Made by a program: the position numbers and the translations under genes. Source: an uncultured Bacilli bacterium (GTDB lineage Bacteria; Bacillota_I; Bacilli_A; RF39; UBA660). Taken from it: a stretch of 64,000 bases of DNA. Under the pieces are notes generated by a model that saw only the letters and a program-made list of their open reading frames with translations, did not search any database and was not told the DNA's origin. The stretch lies in contig CAKPHC010000004.1 of the NCBI GenBank assembly GCA_934155645.1, positions 81,220-145,219 of the forward strand, written 5' to 3'. Positions 9,583 through 18,519 of this stretch are shown in pieces (positions within the stretch are counted from its first letter, which is position 1; every line of letters starts with the position of its first letter).

Positions 9583-9781
9583 TACAAGTAATCAAGAAAA
9601 CTTTAAACAATATAATAAAAATAATAATATGAGAAAAAATATAGGTCCTGTTATAGAATATGATAATGAAGGTAATATCATATCTTGGAATGGTAAACCT
9701 ACTGTATCAGAACCTATGAGTAAAGAAGAAATAAAAGAATTAGAAGCATTAATAAATGAAATAACAAAAGGAGATGAATAA
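9470..9781 (+). CDS. Overlapping +1-frame ORF; plausible C-terminal continuation of the 9256 gene across an A8 tract
   Basis: This ORF overlaps the previous one in a different frame. An A8 homopolymer at about 9548-9555 is where the two frames could be joined by a 1-nt indel. Confidence 0.25.
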   Translation: MVILFYSMIRKKKIISKEKLWYQKYSKKRISDIQKNLNTSNQENFKQYNKNNNMRKNIGPVIEYDNEGNIISWNGKPTVSEPMSKEEIKELEALINEITKGDE

Positions 9782-9991
9782 TTAATTGGTTAACAAAGTC
9801 ATACATTATAAAGAGGTGACTTATGTTTAATATAAAAGAAACATTTAAAAAAGATTCTCCTGATTTAATCTTGTTGATAACTAATTATATAAAAAGTGTG
9901 ATGAATAATGTGTAGAACGATGGCGATATATTGTATTTTTATGGTACAATATATTTGGCTTTAATATGTTATACATAAGAAAGGAGTATAA

Positions 9992-11581
9992 ATGTATAAC
10001 ACTTTAATACAGATGCCAGAGTTTTACAAAGCAGGAATATATATAAGATTATCTGAAGCAGATGAAGGGAAAGCTTACGAATCTGATAGTGAGAGTGTCC
10101 TTAATCAAAGAAATATGCTAATGAATTTTGTAAAAGAAAAGAGTTTTATCTTTGTAGGAGAATATGTTGATGATGGTTTTTCTGGTACTGATTTTGATAG
10201 ACCGGGATTTAACAAAATGATGGAAGACATCAAAAATAAAGTTATCAATCTTGTAATAGTAAAAGACTTATCAAGACTTGGGAGAGATCATGTTATGACT
10301 GGATATTATGTGGAAACGTTCTTCCCTGAAAATGGAATAAGATTCATTTCTATGCAAGAAGGTTATGATAATGCTTTAAATCAAGCAAGTAATGATTCTT
10401 CAACCTTTATAATAGCTTGTAATGATTACTATAGTAAACAAAACTCAGTTAAAATAAGGAATGTTTTAAATGATAAAAGAAAAAATGGTAAGTTTATTGG
10501 TAGTGCTCCAAGTTATGGTTTTTTAAGAGATCCGGAAGATAAAGGGCATTTAATACCAGATCCTGAATATGCACCAGTAGTTAAGAAAATATTTGATATG
10601 GCATATAAAGGAGTAGGCTTATCCGAGATAACAACTTATCTAAATGATAATAAGATTAAAACACCAAGTAGTCTTAAAAGAAAAAATGCTCATGCTAATA
10701 ATAAATATAATCCAATGTGGACTATATCTTCTGTAAAAAAAATTCTTAAAAATCAAATGTATGTTGGTGATATGGTTCAAAGTGTTCAAACTAAAGTGTC
10801 TTATAAATCAAAAAAGAAAAAGGCATTACCTAGAGCAAATTGGAGTATTGTTAAAAATACTCATGAACCTCTTGTTGATAGAGTTATATTTGAAAAGGTT
10901 CAAAATAATGTTAAAAGGACTAATGTTACTAATAATACAAAAAGAGAAAAAAGACTATTTGAAAATTTGTTATATTGTAAGGAATGTGGTAATACATTAA
11001 CTATTATTTATAGGAAAAATCATGACTATTGGACTATTAATTGTAATAGATATTCGAGAGATCCAAAAAGAAAAATGTGTTATCCACATTTTATGCCTTA
11101 TGATAAGCTAGAACAAGCATTATTAGATGTTATTAAGGGTACTTGTAAAAAATATATAGCCGCTATTAATGTATCCAATATAGCAAGTGAGATTAATAAT
11201 AAGAAAAGAAATGATTCTAAGCTAAAGGAAAAAATAAATGAGTTACAGAATAAAGAAAAAGAATATCTAAGTAAATTGGATATGCTTTATGAAGATAAGT
11301 TTAAAGGCATAGTATCAGATGAAATGTATAAAAGAATAGCAAATGATACAGAAGTTTTACTAACTAAATTACGTAGTGAAATAAATAAATTAAGAGCAGA
11401 TACAAAGGTAATTAAAAATAAGACTGATGATTTAAAATGCTATGAAGATAAAATAAAATCTTTAATTGATATTGAAAATCCTACAAGAGAATTAATGCAA
11501 ACTATTATTGATAAAATAGTTATAGATAAAGATAAAAATATTGAAATAATTTACAAATTTAGTATATTAAATAATATTTAA
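9992..11581 (+). CDS. Large serine recombinase (resolvase/invertase N-domain + recombinase domain + zinc ribbon + coiled coil)
   Basis: Resolvase catalytic region (YIRLSEAD ... VKDLSRLGRD), a Cys-rich zinc ribbon (CKECGNTL ... C ... C) and a C-terminal coiled coil. Length is 529 aa. An AAAGGAG RBS precedes the start. Confidence 0.9.
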   Translation: MYNTLIQMPEFYKAGIYIRLSEADEGKAYESDSESVLNQRNMLMNFVKEKSFIFVGEYVDDGFSGTDFDRPGFNKMMEDIKNKVINLVIVKDLSRLGRDHVMTGYYVETFFPENGIRFISMQEGYDNALNQASNDSSTFIIACNDYYSKQNSVKIRNVLNDKRKNGKFIGSAPSYGFLRDPEDKGHLIPDPEYAPVVKKIFDMAYKGVGLSEITTYLNDNKIKTPSSLKRKNAHANNKYNPMWTISSVKKILKNQMYVGDMVQSVQTKVSYKSKKKKALPRANWSIVKNTHEPLVDRVIFEKVQNNVKRTNVTNNTKREKRLFENLLYCKECGNTLTIIYRKNHDYWTINCNRYSRDPKRKMCYPHFMPYDKLEQALLDVIKGTCKKYIAAINVSNIASEINNKKRNDSKLKEKINELQNKEKEYLSKLDMLYEDKFKGIVSDEMYKRIANDTEVLLTKLRSEINKLRADTKVIKNKTDDLKCYEDKIKSLIDIENPTRELMQTIIDKIVIDKDKNIEIIYKFSILNNI

Positions 11582-11643
11582 ACTTTGCTCCTTTTGGAAC
11601 AAAGTAAACATAGAATAGATGAACTACTTATAGGGGGGACAAA

Positions 11644-12495
11644 ATGGAAGAAAAAGATATGATATTTATTGAACAATTAGTAAAGACAAATTTTGTAAAA
11701 CCAATGAGAAGATATATAAAGAAATATTTAAAGAATTTATCTGTTACAGAAAATATTAGCATTGAAACAATCAATTTATTGCAACAGGCTAATAATACAA
11801 TTAGTAATGTTTATAAACTTTTAAGAAAAAAAGACTTAGTTGATTCTGCAACGTTGATGCGTTCTTGCATGGAAAAAATAATGATGTCAATGATGATATA
11901 TTTTGATCCAAAGAATACATTTGAAGAATTTAAGAATTTAGAAAAATGTGGCAAAACAGATAATACACGCCCTACTGCAATACTAAAGAATTTTAAATTT
12001 AAATTAAAAGAGATTAACTCTATTTTATTTGAAGAATTTGAAGATGATGAATTACAATTACTGTTGGAAGAGACTTATGAAAAATTATGTTTATATACAC
12101 ATAGCTCAATTGTAGTTAGTATGATGATAGAAGTAAATAGAAACAAAGATGAGGATTTATTTGCTTTATATTTTTATCTGATTGCTTATTTTTTAGAATT
12201 ATTAATATATTCATCTTTAAAATATTTAATTGCTGACAAAAAAGATCATATAGATGCTTTTTGTATATTTATGGGATTTGTATTATTGTGTTCAAAAGTA
12301 GACAAAAATAAATTAACTGAAGATTATACTAATAAATATAAAGAATATCTTCATTGGGAGATTAATGAACATTTTTCAGATAAATATAAAGGTATATTAG
12401 AAAAAATGAAAATTGATTGTTCAATTTTACAACAAGAGATAAATGAAAATAAAAAAGTAATTGAAAATTATATAATGGATTTAGCAAAAAAATAA
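11644..12495 (+). CDS. Hypothetical protein, cargo gene at the element edge
   Basis: 283-aa ORF with a G-rich RBS (TAGGGGGGACAAAATG). No recognisable motifs. It ends 16 nt before the amidase fragment begins. Confidence 0.5.
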   Translation: MEEKDMIFIEQLVKTNFVKPMRRYIKKYLKNLSVTENISIETINLLQQANNTISNVYKLLRKKDLVDSATLMRSCMEKIMMSMMIYFDPKNTFEEFKNLEKCGKTDNTRPTAILKNFKFKLKEINSILFEEFEDDELQLLLEETYEKLCLYTHSSIVVSMMIEVNRNKDEDLFALYFYLIAYFLELLIYSSLKYLIADKKDHIDAFCIFMGFVLLCSKVDKNKLTEDYTNKYKEYLHWEINEHFSDKYKGILEKMKIDCSILQQEINENKKVIENYIMDLAKK

Positions 12496-12511
12496 AAACG
12501 TTACACAATGA

Positions 12512-13648
12512 CCATCACCAGGTGGCGAAGGCGCTGAAGTAGTCTATGCTCTTCGCAACGACCCAACATTAGCTAACAGTATTCTTGAAGAAATAGGCTT
12601 AGAAGGTCAAAAAATACGTAAGGCATATCAAAGAAGATTACCTGAAAATCCATCAAAAGATTATTACTTCATTCAAAGACTAACTGGTGATACAGAATCA
12701 TTACTTATCGAGTACGGCTTTATAGACAATCCTAACGATTTAAAAAAGTTGCAAAACAATTTACTTGACTATGGTGAAGCCGTAGTAAAGGCTGTTGCTA
12801 ATTACATTGGAGTACCATATACTGCACCAGATGGTTCTAACTATAACACATACGTTGTACAAAGAGGAGACTCACTATATTCTATAGCAAATAAATATGG
12901 AGTTACAGTTGATGAACTTAAATTTGCAAATAACCTAACATCTAATCTCTTAACTATAGGCCAAAGATTAACGATTCCTAAATTACCAGCCGATAATACT
13001 ACTCCAGGTGATTATATAGTTTATACTGTTCAAAGTGGTGATACTCTATATAAAATAGCTAACCAGTACGGAACATCAGTCAACGACATAATAGAATTTA
13101 ATCAATTACCAACTACTGTATTAGTTATAGGACAACAACTATTAATCCCAAATTCAAAATCAAGTCAAAATAATACATATACAATTAAAAGAGGAGATTC
13201 TTTGTGGAAAATAGCAAACGAGTATGGAGTAACTGTTAATGAACTAATCCAAGCGAATAATTTAAATACAACTACTTTAAAAGTAGGAGATGTACTTATC
13301 ATTCCAAGTAAAAATCAGTCAAATGCTCCATTACCATCACAACCAGAAGATAACGTAATTGAATATGTGGTTCGTCCAGGTGATAGTCTATACAGCATTG
13401 CTTTAAAATATGGAATAACTCCAAACGAATTGCAGTCATATAATAACCTTGCATCTACATTATTAGTAGTAGGGCAAATACTTAGAATTCCTACTACCGA
13501 AAATTATGTTACATACTATGTTAAACCAGGTGACAGTTTATATAACATAGCAAGAGCTAATAACACAACAGTTGATGAAATAAAAGCTCTTAATGGACTG
13601 ACCTCAAATACATTAAGTATAGGGCAATTACTAATATTACCTAAATAA
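12512..13648 (+). pseudogene. 3' fragment of N-acetylmuramoyl-L-alanine amidase (Amidase_3 C-terminal half + 5 LysM repeats), 5' part missing/disrupted
   Basis: The frame is open from 12512 (PSPGGEGAEVVYALRND ... LLIEYGFIDNPNDLKKL) and matches the C-terminal half of the Amidase_3 domain. There is no ATG, GTG or TTG start before the TTG at 12749. Five LysM repeats follow (YVVQRGDSLYSIANKYGV...). Confidence 0.65.
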
Positions 13649-13651
13649 TCA

Positions 13652-13678
13652 AAAATCTACACATCGTAGATTTTTTAC
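13652..13678 (+). terminator. rho-independent terminator after the amidase/LysM gene
   Basis: Stem ATCTAC / GTAGAT with loop ACATC, followed by TTTTTT. Confidence 0.65.
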
Positions 13679-13759
13679 TTGCCTAAAATTATAAAAAGAT
13701 TAAATGAGTTATTGTTTATTAATTTTTATTGTGCTATAATACTTACATACCTAGCAAAT

Positions 13760-13833
13760 AGGGGCGTAGTTAAATGGTATAATAATGGTCTCCAAAACCA
13801 CTGTTGGGAGTTCGATTCTCTCCGCCCCTGCCA
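13760..13833 (+). tRNA. trnW: tRNA-Trp (anticodon CCA)
   Basis: The sequence AGGGGCGTAGTTAAATGGTATAATAATGGTCTCCAAAACCACTGTTGGGAGTTCGATTCTCTCCGCCCCTGCCA has a cloverleaf with anticodon loop CTCCAAA and an encoded CCA end. It is near-identical in architecture to Bacillus tRNA-Trp. Confidence 0.9.
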
Positions 13834-13890
13834 TTTGAATATTCGAACTATATAGTTCTTTTTTTTATAAATGAAAGGAGAAACTTATCC

Positions 13891-14142
13891 ATGCGAAATC
13901 TTGAAGGAATAAAAATAGTAGAAGTTCCAGAAAAAGAAATTGAGTCATCATCAATAAGAGTTTCTGATATTGATACTCCGGATGACTACGAAAACTTCAG
14001 ATTAATTGAAAAGGACAAATTATTAAAATTAAAAGAGCAGCTAGAAGAAGCACAGTTTTATGATAGTTGTGTACCAAAGGCTCAAGTAGAAGAGGAATAT
14101 AAGTCAGAAAACTATGATGATTGTGGAAAAAAATCCATGTAA
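13891..14142 (+). CDS. Small acidic hypothetical protein (83 aa)
   Basis: An internal ATG carries a good AAAGGAG RBS. The track ORF starting at 13804 would overlap tRNA-Trp. Confidence 0.4.
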   Translation: MRNLEGIKIVEVPEKEIESSSIRVSDIDTPDDYENFRLIEKDKLLKLKEQLEEAQFYDSCVPKAQVEEEYKSENYDDCGKKSM

Positions 14143-14199
14143 AATAAAAAATACCATATACAAAATAGGTATTTTTTTTTACGCTTGATATGAACCAAT

Positions 14200-14718
14200 C
14201 TATTTTTTTACTTTGCATAGTATTTTATATGTACCTTCATCTTTGCAACAACTTATCGTTTCAAAAGTAGTATTTCTTGCTAGCAAGAATTCATTTTCGT
14301 GTTCCATTGAAGATATATATTTAATATAGGCTCCTCTTACCTTAGGTTCTAGCAAAATCTTAAGTTTAACGTTAGAGGCTTCACCGTATAAGCCAGTATT
14401 AGTAGAACAACTTGAATAAGCTTTTTCCAAGAAAGAGCCTTTCTTCACCGAATAAAGATATTTATTAAGCAAGTCACGATTTAAAAACATCAGATTTCTA
14501 TAAACAACTAACTTTCTTCTTAAATCAAACTTAGAAATAGCACTATCAATTGCTAATATTTGCTCTTCAAAAAAGACACGACTAGGGTTATTGCGTCTCA
14601 AACAATTATTTATGTCAAAATGTTCAGCCGTATACGTAAGAATTGCATCCTTTTCAATTTTAGTAAGTTTAACAGGATATATATTTTTAGCATAATACTC
14701 TAAAGACATAACAATCAC
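14200..14718 (-). CDS. ADP-ribosyltransferase (R-S-E class, C3/VIP2-like fold) without signal peptide
   Basis: Arg motif (VVYRNL), STS-like motif (YSSCSTN) and ExE motif (EHENEF). It has its own promoter and an AAGGAG RBS. Confidence 0.55.
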   Translation of the reverse strand: MIVMSLEYYAKNIYPVKLTKIEKDAILTYTAEHFDINNCLRRNNPSRVFFEEQILAIDSAISKFDLRRKLVVYRNLMFLNRDLLNKYLYSVKKGSFLEKAYSSCSTNTGLYGEASNVKLKILLEPKVRGAYIKYISSMEHENEFLLARNTTFETISCCKDEGTYKILCKVKK

Positions 14719-14733
14719 TCCTTAACGGCTTTT

Positions 14734-14762
14734 ATTATATATAATCTACACCAATAAGGCAA
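14734..14762 (-). promoter_or_regulatory. sigma-A-like promoter for the ADP-ribosyltransferase gene (TTGCCT-17-TATAAT on the minus strand)
   Basis: On the minus strand the sequence reads TTGCCTTATTGGTGTAGATTATATATAAT. Confidence 0.45.
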
Positions 14763-14778
14763 GACTCAAATAATTGCC

Positions 14779-14802
14779 AAAATAAAAGACACCTAAGTGT
14801 CT
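14779..14802 (-). terminator. terminator directly after the CofE-like gene (minus strand)
   Basis: Hairpin AGACAC / GTGTCT followed by TTTTATTTT on the minus strand. Confidence 0.5.
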
Positions 14803-15990
14803 CTATTCAGCATAATTTGTGAAGTAGTTTTGTACTAATACAACTGGTGTTCCTTTATCACCACTACCACTAGTTAAATCGCATAGTGAACCAATCAAGT
14901 CAGTATATCTTCTGGGAGTAGTTCCTTGAGTTTCAATTTTACCTTTCAAGTTTTTATCTTTTTCCTTTATTTCCTTTCTGATAGCTTCTTGCAATTCTTC
15001 ACCTTTCAAATTACTAAATTTATTATCAGATAAATATTTAAGTTTTAACTCGTTAGGACTTCCTTCCAATCCACTAGTATAAAAAGGACTTACAACGGGG
15101 TCAGCTAGTTCCCAAATTTTACCAACTGGGTCCTTAAAAGCTCCATCACCATAAACCATTACTTCAATTGTTTTACCAGTCTTTTCTTTTAACTTTGCTT
15201 GAATATCTAAAACTAATTCCTGACCATTATCTGGAAATAGTTTCACCTTTTCTTCAGTTGCTCGATTTGACCCTAGAAGACCATATTTACTATTATATCC
15301 ACTACCATCAATACTTTGATTCATAATGTCATCAAGGCCAAGTACTTTATTAGCACCATTTTCCAATAACTTTTTCTTTGTCTTATATCTAGTATGAATA
15401 TCAGCTGCTATAACATCCTTTGTGTAATTTAAAATAACTTCAGGACGATTAGCAAACACAAACTCAATTTCACAGTTTTCATTTTTTACCAAGTCACGAT
15501 AGAAATCTACCATGTTAACTCCAGTAAAAATATGTTTAAAGTCACCGAACTTATCCATGTATTCTTTTTCACTAATAATATCGGAATAAGGATTAATATT
15601 TAATTCTTCCATCCTTTCACTATCCAATATATCATTACCAACTTCATCAGAAGGATAGCTCAATAACATAGTAATTTTATCCATTGCTCTAGCAAAACCT
15701 TTTAAACAAAGAGCAAATCTATTTCTACTCAAAATAGGAAATACTATTCCAATGTGCTTACTTTCAAACTTGCTTTGAACATCTTTAGCAATATCATCAA
15801 TAGTAGCATAATTACCAGCACTTATACTGACAACAGCTTCAGTTATTGCCACCACATCTTTATCATTGAAACCAAATCCTTCACTTTGGCTAGCTTCAAT
15901 TAAAGAATTAACTACCACATCACTTAAATTATCTCCTTCTTTAATTATAGATGTTCTAATACCTCTTACCACAGTTCCTACTTTTCTCAT
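14803..15990 (-). CDS. CofE-like (F420-0:gamma-glutamyl ligase family fold) protein of unknown role
   Basis: N-terminal VGTVVRGIRTSIIKEGDNLSDVV and C-terminal KTGKTIEVMVYGDGAFKDPVGKIW ... GTPVVLVQNY segments fit the CofE family pattern. An AGGAGG RBS precedes the start. Confidence 0.4.
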   Translation of the reverse strand: MRKVGTVVRGIRTSIIKEGDNLSDVVVNSLIEASQSEGFGFNDKDVVAITEAVVSISAGNYATIDDIAKDVQSKFESKHIGIVFPILSRNRFALCLKGFARAMDKITMLLSYPSDEVGNDILDSERMEELNINPYSDIISEKEYMDKFGDFKHIFTGVNMVDFYRDLVKNENCEIEFVFANRPEVILNYTKDVIAADIHTRYKTKKKLLENGANKVLGLDDIMNQSIDGSGYNSKYGLLGSNRATEEKVKLFPDNGQELVLDIQAKLKEKTGKTIEVMVYGDGAFKDPVGKIWELADPVVSPFYTSGLEGSPNELKLKYLSDNKFSNLKGEELQEAIRKEIKEKDKNLKGKIETQGTTPRRYTDLIGSLCDLTSGSGDKGTPVVLVQNYFTNYAE

Positions 15991-16008
15991 AATAACCTCC
16001 TAGTATTA

Positions 16009-16737
16009 TTATATCACATACAACTTAGAATAAGGAATTACTACTTCGAAATTTCCAAAACTATAAGGTGCAACTTGATACTGTTCAAAAAATATAATTA
16101 ATCCATCATTTGAAAAAGCAAAATTTTTAAAATTATCAGCGGTTGGCTTAGTTCCTTCATCAATCATTTTCTTTATGTCACTACTTGTGTCATTAAACCT
16201 TTTATCCTTTTTTAATGCACTTTTGCTATAAGATGATAATGTATCTAAAATAGTTGGGTCTTTTTTTATTAAATCATTTATATCAATTATTTCGTTAGTA
16301 TCAATGTCATAGCTGATTGTCCATATAGTATTATTTGGATGTGCTCCACCTGTATAACTACTTATATAAAAAACATATGATAAAAAATTCTTATAACTAT
16401 ATTTATCATAATTTATAAACAAAGAATAATATTGATTTGGCCTTACTCCATATTCTTTAATTGCATCTAATAATAAATTTATTTCGGCCCTTATCTTTTC
16501 TTCAATTGTTTTATTCAATAATTCATAAGAAGTGTAGGGATAGTAAATATTTAATTTATATCTCGGATTATCTGACCTTTTTACAATTTTTTTCTCTAAA
16601 GTAGTTTCATTATTATTAATTGCGATTGTATTAACCGCATCATTAATAGAATTTCTAAGTTTTAAATTGTCTCTTATCAAAATAAGAGTAGAAATACATA
16701 AAACAATTATAACAATCCCAACTAAATACTTTTTCAT
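16009..16737 (-). CDS. Membrane-anchored DUF4163/DUF3298 (RsiV-like extracellular domain) protein
   Basis: N-terminal TM helix and the hallmark motif SYTGGAHPN. A GGTGAGG RBS precedes the start. Confidence 0.65.
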   Translation of the reverse strand: MKKYLVGIVIIVLCISTLILIRDNLKLRNSINDAVNTIAINNNETTLEKKIVKRSDNPRYKLNIYYPYTSYELLNKTIEEKIRAEINLLLDAIKEYGVRPNQYYSLFINYDKYSYKNFLSYVFYISSYTGGAHPNNTIWTISYDIDTNEIIDINDLIKKDPTILDTLSSYSKSALKKDKRFNDTSSDIKKMIDEGTKPTADNFKNFAFSNDGLIIFFEQYQVAPYSFGNFEVVIPYSKLYVI

Positions 16738-16912
16738 AAAACCTCACCATTACTAATGTATTCATAAGAAACAATTACATGAAATATTAATCATTTTTAA
16801 TGGTATAATATAAGAAAAGAGGTAAAAGCAACCCCAAGTTTACAAAAAACAACTTAAAATTGGTAGATTGCTACATGGTTTTATTATAAGATTTTTGCGT
16901 GAGGTGAAAGAA

Positions 16913-18475
16913 ATGAAATTTAGTGAAAAACTTCAAAAGTTAAGAAAGGAAAATAAATTATCACAAGAACAATTAGCAGATAAACTTGATGTATCACGTC
17001 AAGCTGTATCGAAGTGGGAGAGTGGCCAAACATATCCAGAAATGGATAAATTACTTACCATGTGCAAAATATTTAATTGTACATTAGATGAACTTACCAA
17101 TGATGAAATCAGTGAACTAGGAACTACTCAAAAAAATAAAGGCATAGGTAGCAACTTAGTTGACGAAGTATTAGAAACAATAAATAGAACTTGTAAAATA
17201 TTTAGAAATTTATCATTTGGAACAATTCTTAAAATAATATTTGAAATGTTTATAGTATTTCTAATTATTAATATATTGAGAATACCACTTAACTATATTT
17301 ATGATTTAGGTAATGATGTATTTATGAATTTTGGAAATCATGTAGGACCAGTATTATCAAGTATTTTTAAATTTATTTTGTATACAGCATATTTCATATT
17401 AGGTTTAATTGTATTCGTATATGTATATAAAATAAGAGTATTAGACTACTACGAAAAAATAGTTGATGATATTACTAAAAAAGACAGCAACTTGCAAGAA
17501 GAAAAAAACAGCAAAAATCAAGAAAAGAAAGATGAGCCACTTAAAGTAAAAACTCAAAGATATACCTTCATCGATACTTTAGGTGAAATCGTTATGGCAT
17601 GTGTAAAACTATTTGTAATATTTATGACTATACCTTTTATATTTAGTTTATTCTTTTTATCAATAGGATTAATTTTAGGTATTGTAATTTTATTTAAAGG
17701 AATATTCTTTCTTGGAATAATTCCTGCCATATTAGCATGTATAGCTATTAACATAACTCTATTAGAACTAGTATTCAACTTTCTTTTTAATAAGAAAAAT
17801 AATTTAAAAAGGATTTTCTTAACATTTATAATTTCTATAGTAGTTTTAGGAATAGGAACCGGAATAACTGCATGGGACTTTAGTAGTATGAGTTATATTG
17901 AAGGTGTTCCTGAAAGAATAAAAGCTAGCGTTTATGAAGTTAGTTATCCAATGAACAACAATACAACAATCATTGATCGATATTATGATAATATTAATTA
18001 CGTTATAGATGAAAATATGGGTGACAATATTAAAATAGAAGTAAAGTATTATAATGATTATTCTGATATTACAATTAACTACATTGATAATGAAATAAAT
18101 ATTTATGGCAATAGAAAAGATTATACATTTAAAAATTTTACTGCCAGTGTATTGAAAGACTTATCTAAAAAGCAATTATATTTATATCGTGGATTATACT
18201 CGTATGATATAACTGTCTATACAACTTCTAAAAACAAAGAAATATTATTTAGCAATAGAGAAAAGTACTTTACTAATCAAGCAGAAATTGAATATAACAA
18301 TGAAATTGCAAACTATGAAAATAAAATAAATGAATTAGAAAATAAAATAGCAGAATTAGAAGAAAAAAATGATAATCTAGCGATAAAAAATAATGAATTA
18401 CAAGCTCAAATAGATGACTACAAAGAAACAATAAAAGAGTATGCAAACAAAATAAATGATTTATTAGAAAAATAA
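16913..18475 (+). CDS. Membrane-bound XRE-family HTH regulator with multiple TM helices and a C-terminal coiled coil
   Basis: Cro/C1-type HTH (KLRKENKLSQEQLADKLDVSRQAVSKWESGQ), several hydrophobic helices and a terminal heptad-rich segment. RBS GAGGTGA. The 15-codon N-terminal extension in the ORF track is rejected. Confidence 0.65.
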   Translation: MKFSEKLQKLRKENKLSQEQLADKLDVSRQAVSKWESGQTYPEMDKLLTMCKIFNCTLDELTNDEISELGTTQKNKGIGSNLVDEVLETINRTCKIFRNLSFGTILKIIFEMFIVFLIINILRIPLNYIYDLGNDVFMNFGNHVGPVLSSIFKFILYTAYFILGLIVFVYVYKIRVLDYYEKIVDDITKKDSNLQEEKNSKNQEKKDEPLKVKTQRYTFIDTLGEIVMACVKLFVIFMTIPFIFSLFFLSIGLILGIVILFKGIFFLGIIPAILACIAINITLLELVFNFLFNKKNNLKRIFLTFIISIVVLGIGTGITAWDFSSMSYIEGVPERIKASVYEVSYPMNNNTTIIDRYYDNINYVIDENMGDNIKIEVKYYNDYSDITINYIDNEINIYGNRKDYTFKNFTASVLKDLSKKQLYLYRGLYSYDITVYTTSKNKEILFSNREKYFTNQAEIEYNNEIANYENKINELENKIAELEEKNDNLAIKNNELQAQIDDYKETIKEYANKINDLLEK

Positions 18476-18519
18476 TGCTTTAGAATTACATTTATGATAT
18501 AATTCTCCTAGGTGAGATT

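Larger units (their letters stand above)
1..12511. mobile_element. Right-hand part of an integrated element (large-serine-recombinase type) carrying defense cargo; left end outside the window
   Basis: A recombinase gene sits near the right end. The cargo comprises a STAND NTPase, an AbiEi/Fic pair and a Type IIS-like restriction-modification system. The region is more AT-rich than the flanking core. The junction lies directly upstream of a start-less 3' fragment of an amidase gene. Confidence 0.6.

Noticed and set aside
10761-11000. 79-aa ORF inside the recombinase gene
   Set aside because: It is in an alternate frame of a well-supported serine recombinase CDS.
12496-12512. Direct repeats marking the att site at the element junction
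   Set aside because: Serine recombinase sites share only a 2-bp crossover core. Nothing can be assigned without the other end of the element.
13804-13890. N-terminal extension of the 13804 ORF
   Set aside because: It would be translated through tRNA-Trp. A proper RBS sits in front of the internal ATG at 13891.
13997-14218. Minus-strand 73-aa ORF
   Set aside because: It lies antisense to the small + ORF and across the bidirectional terminator. It is hydrophobic junk typical of AT-rich antisense frames.
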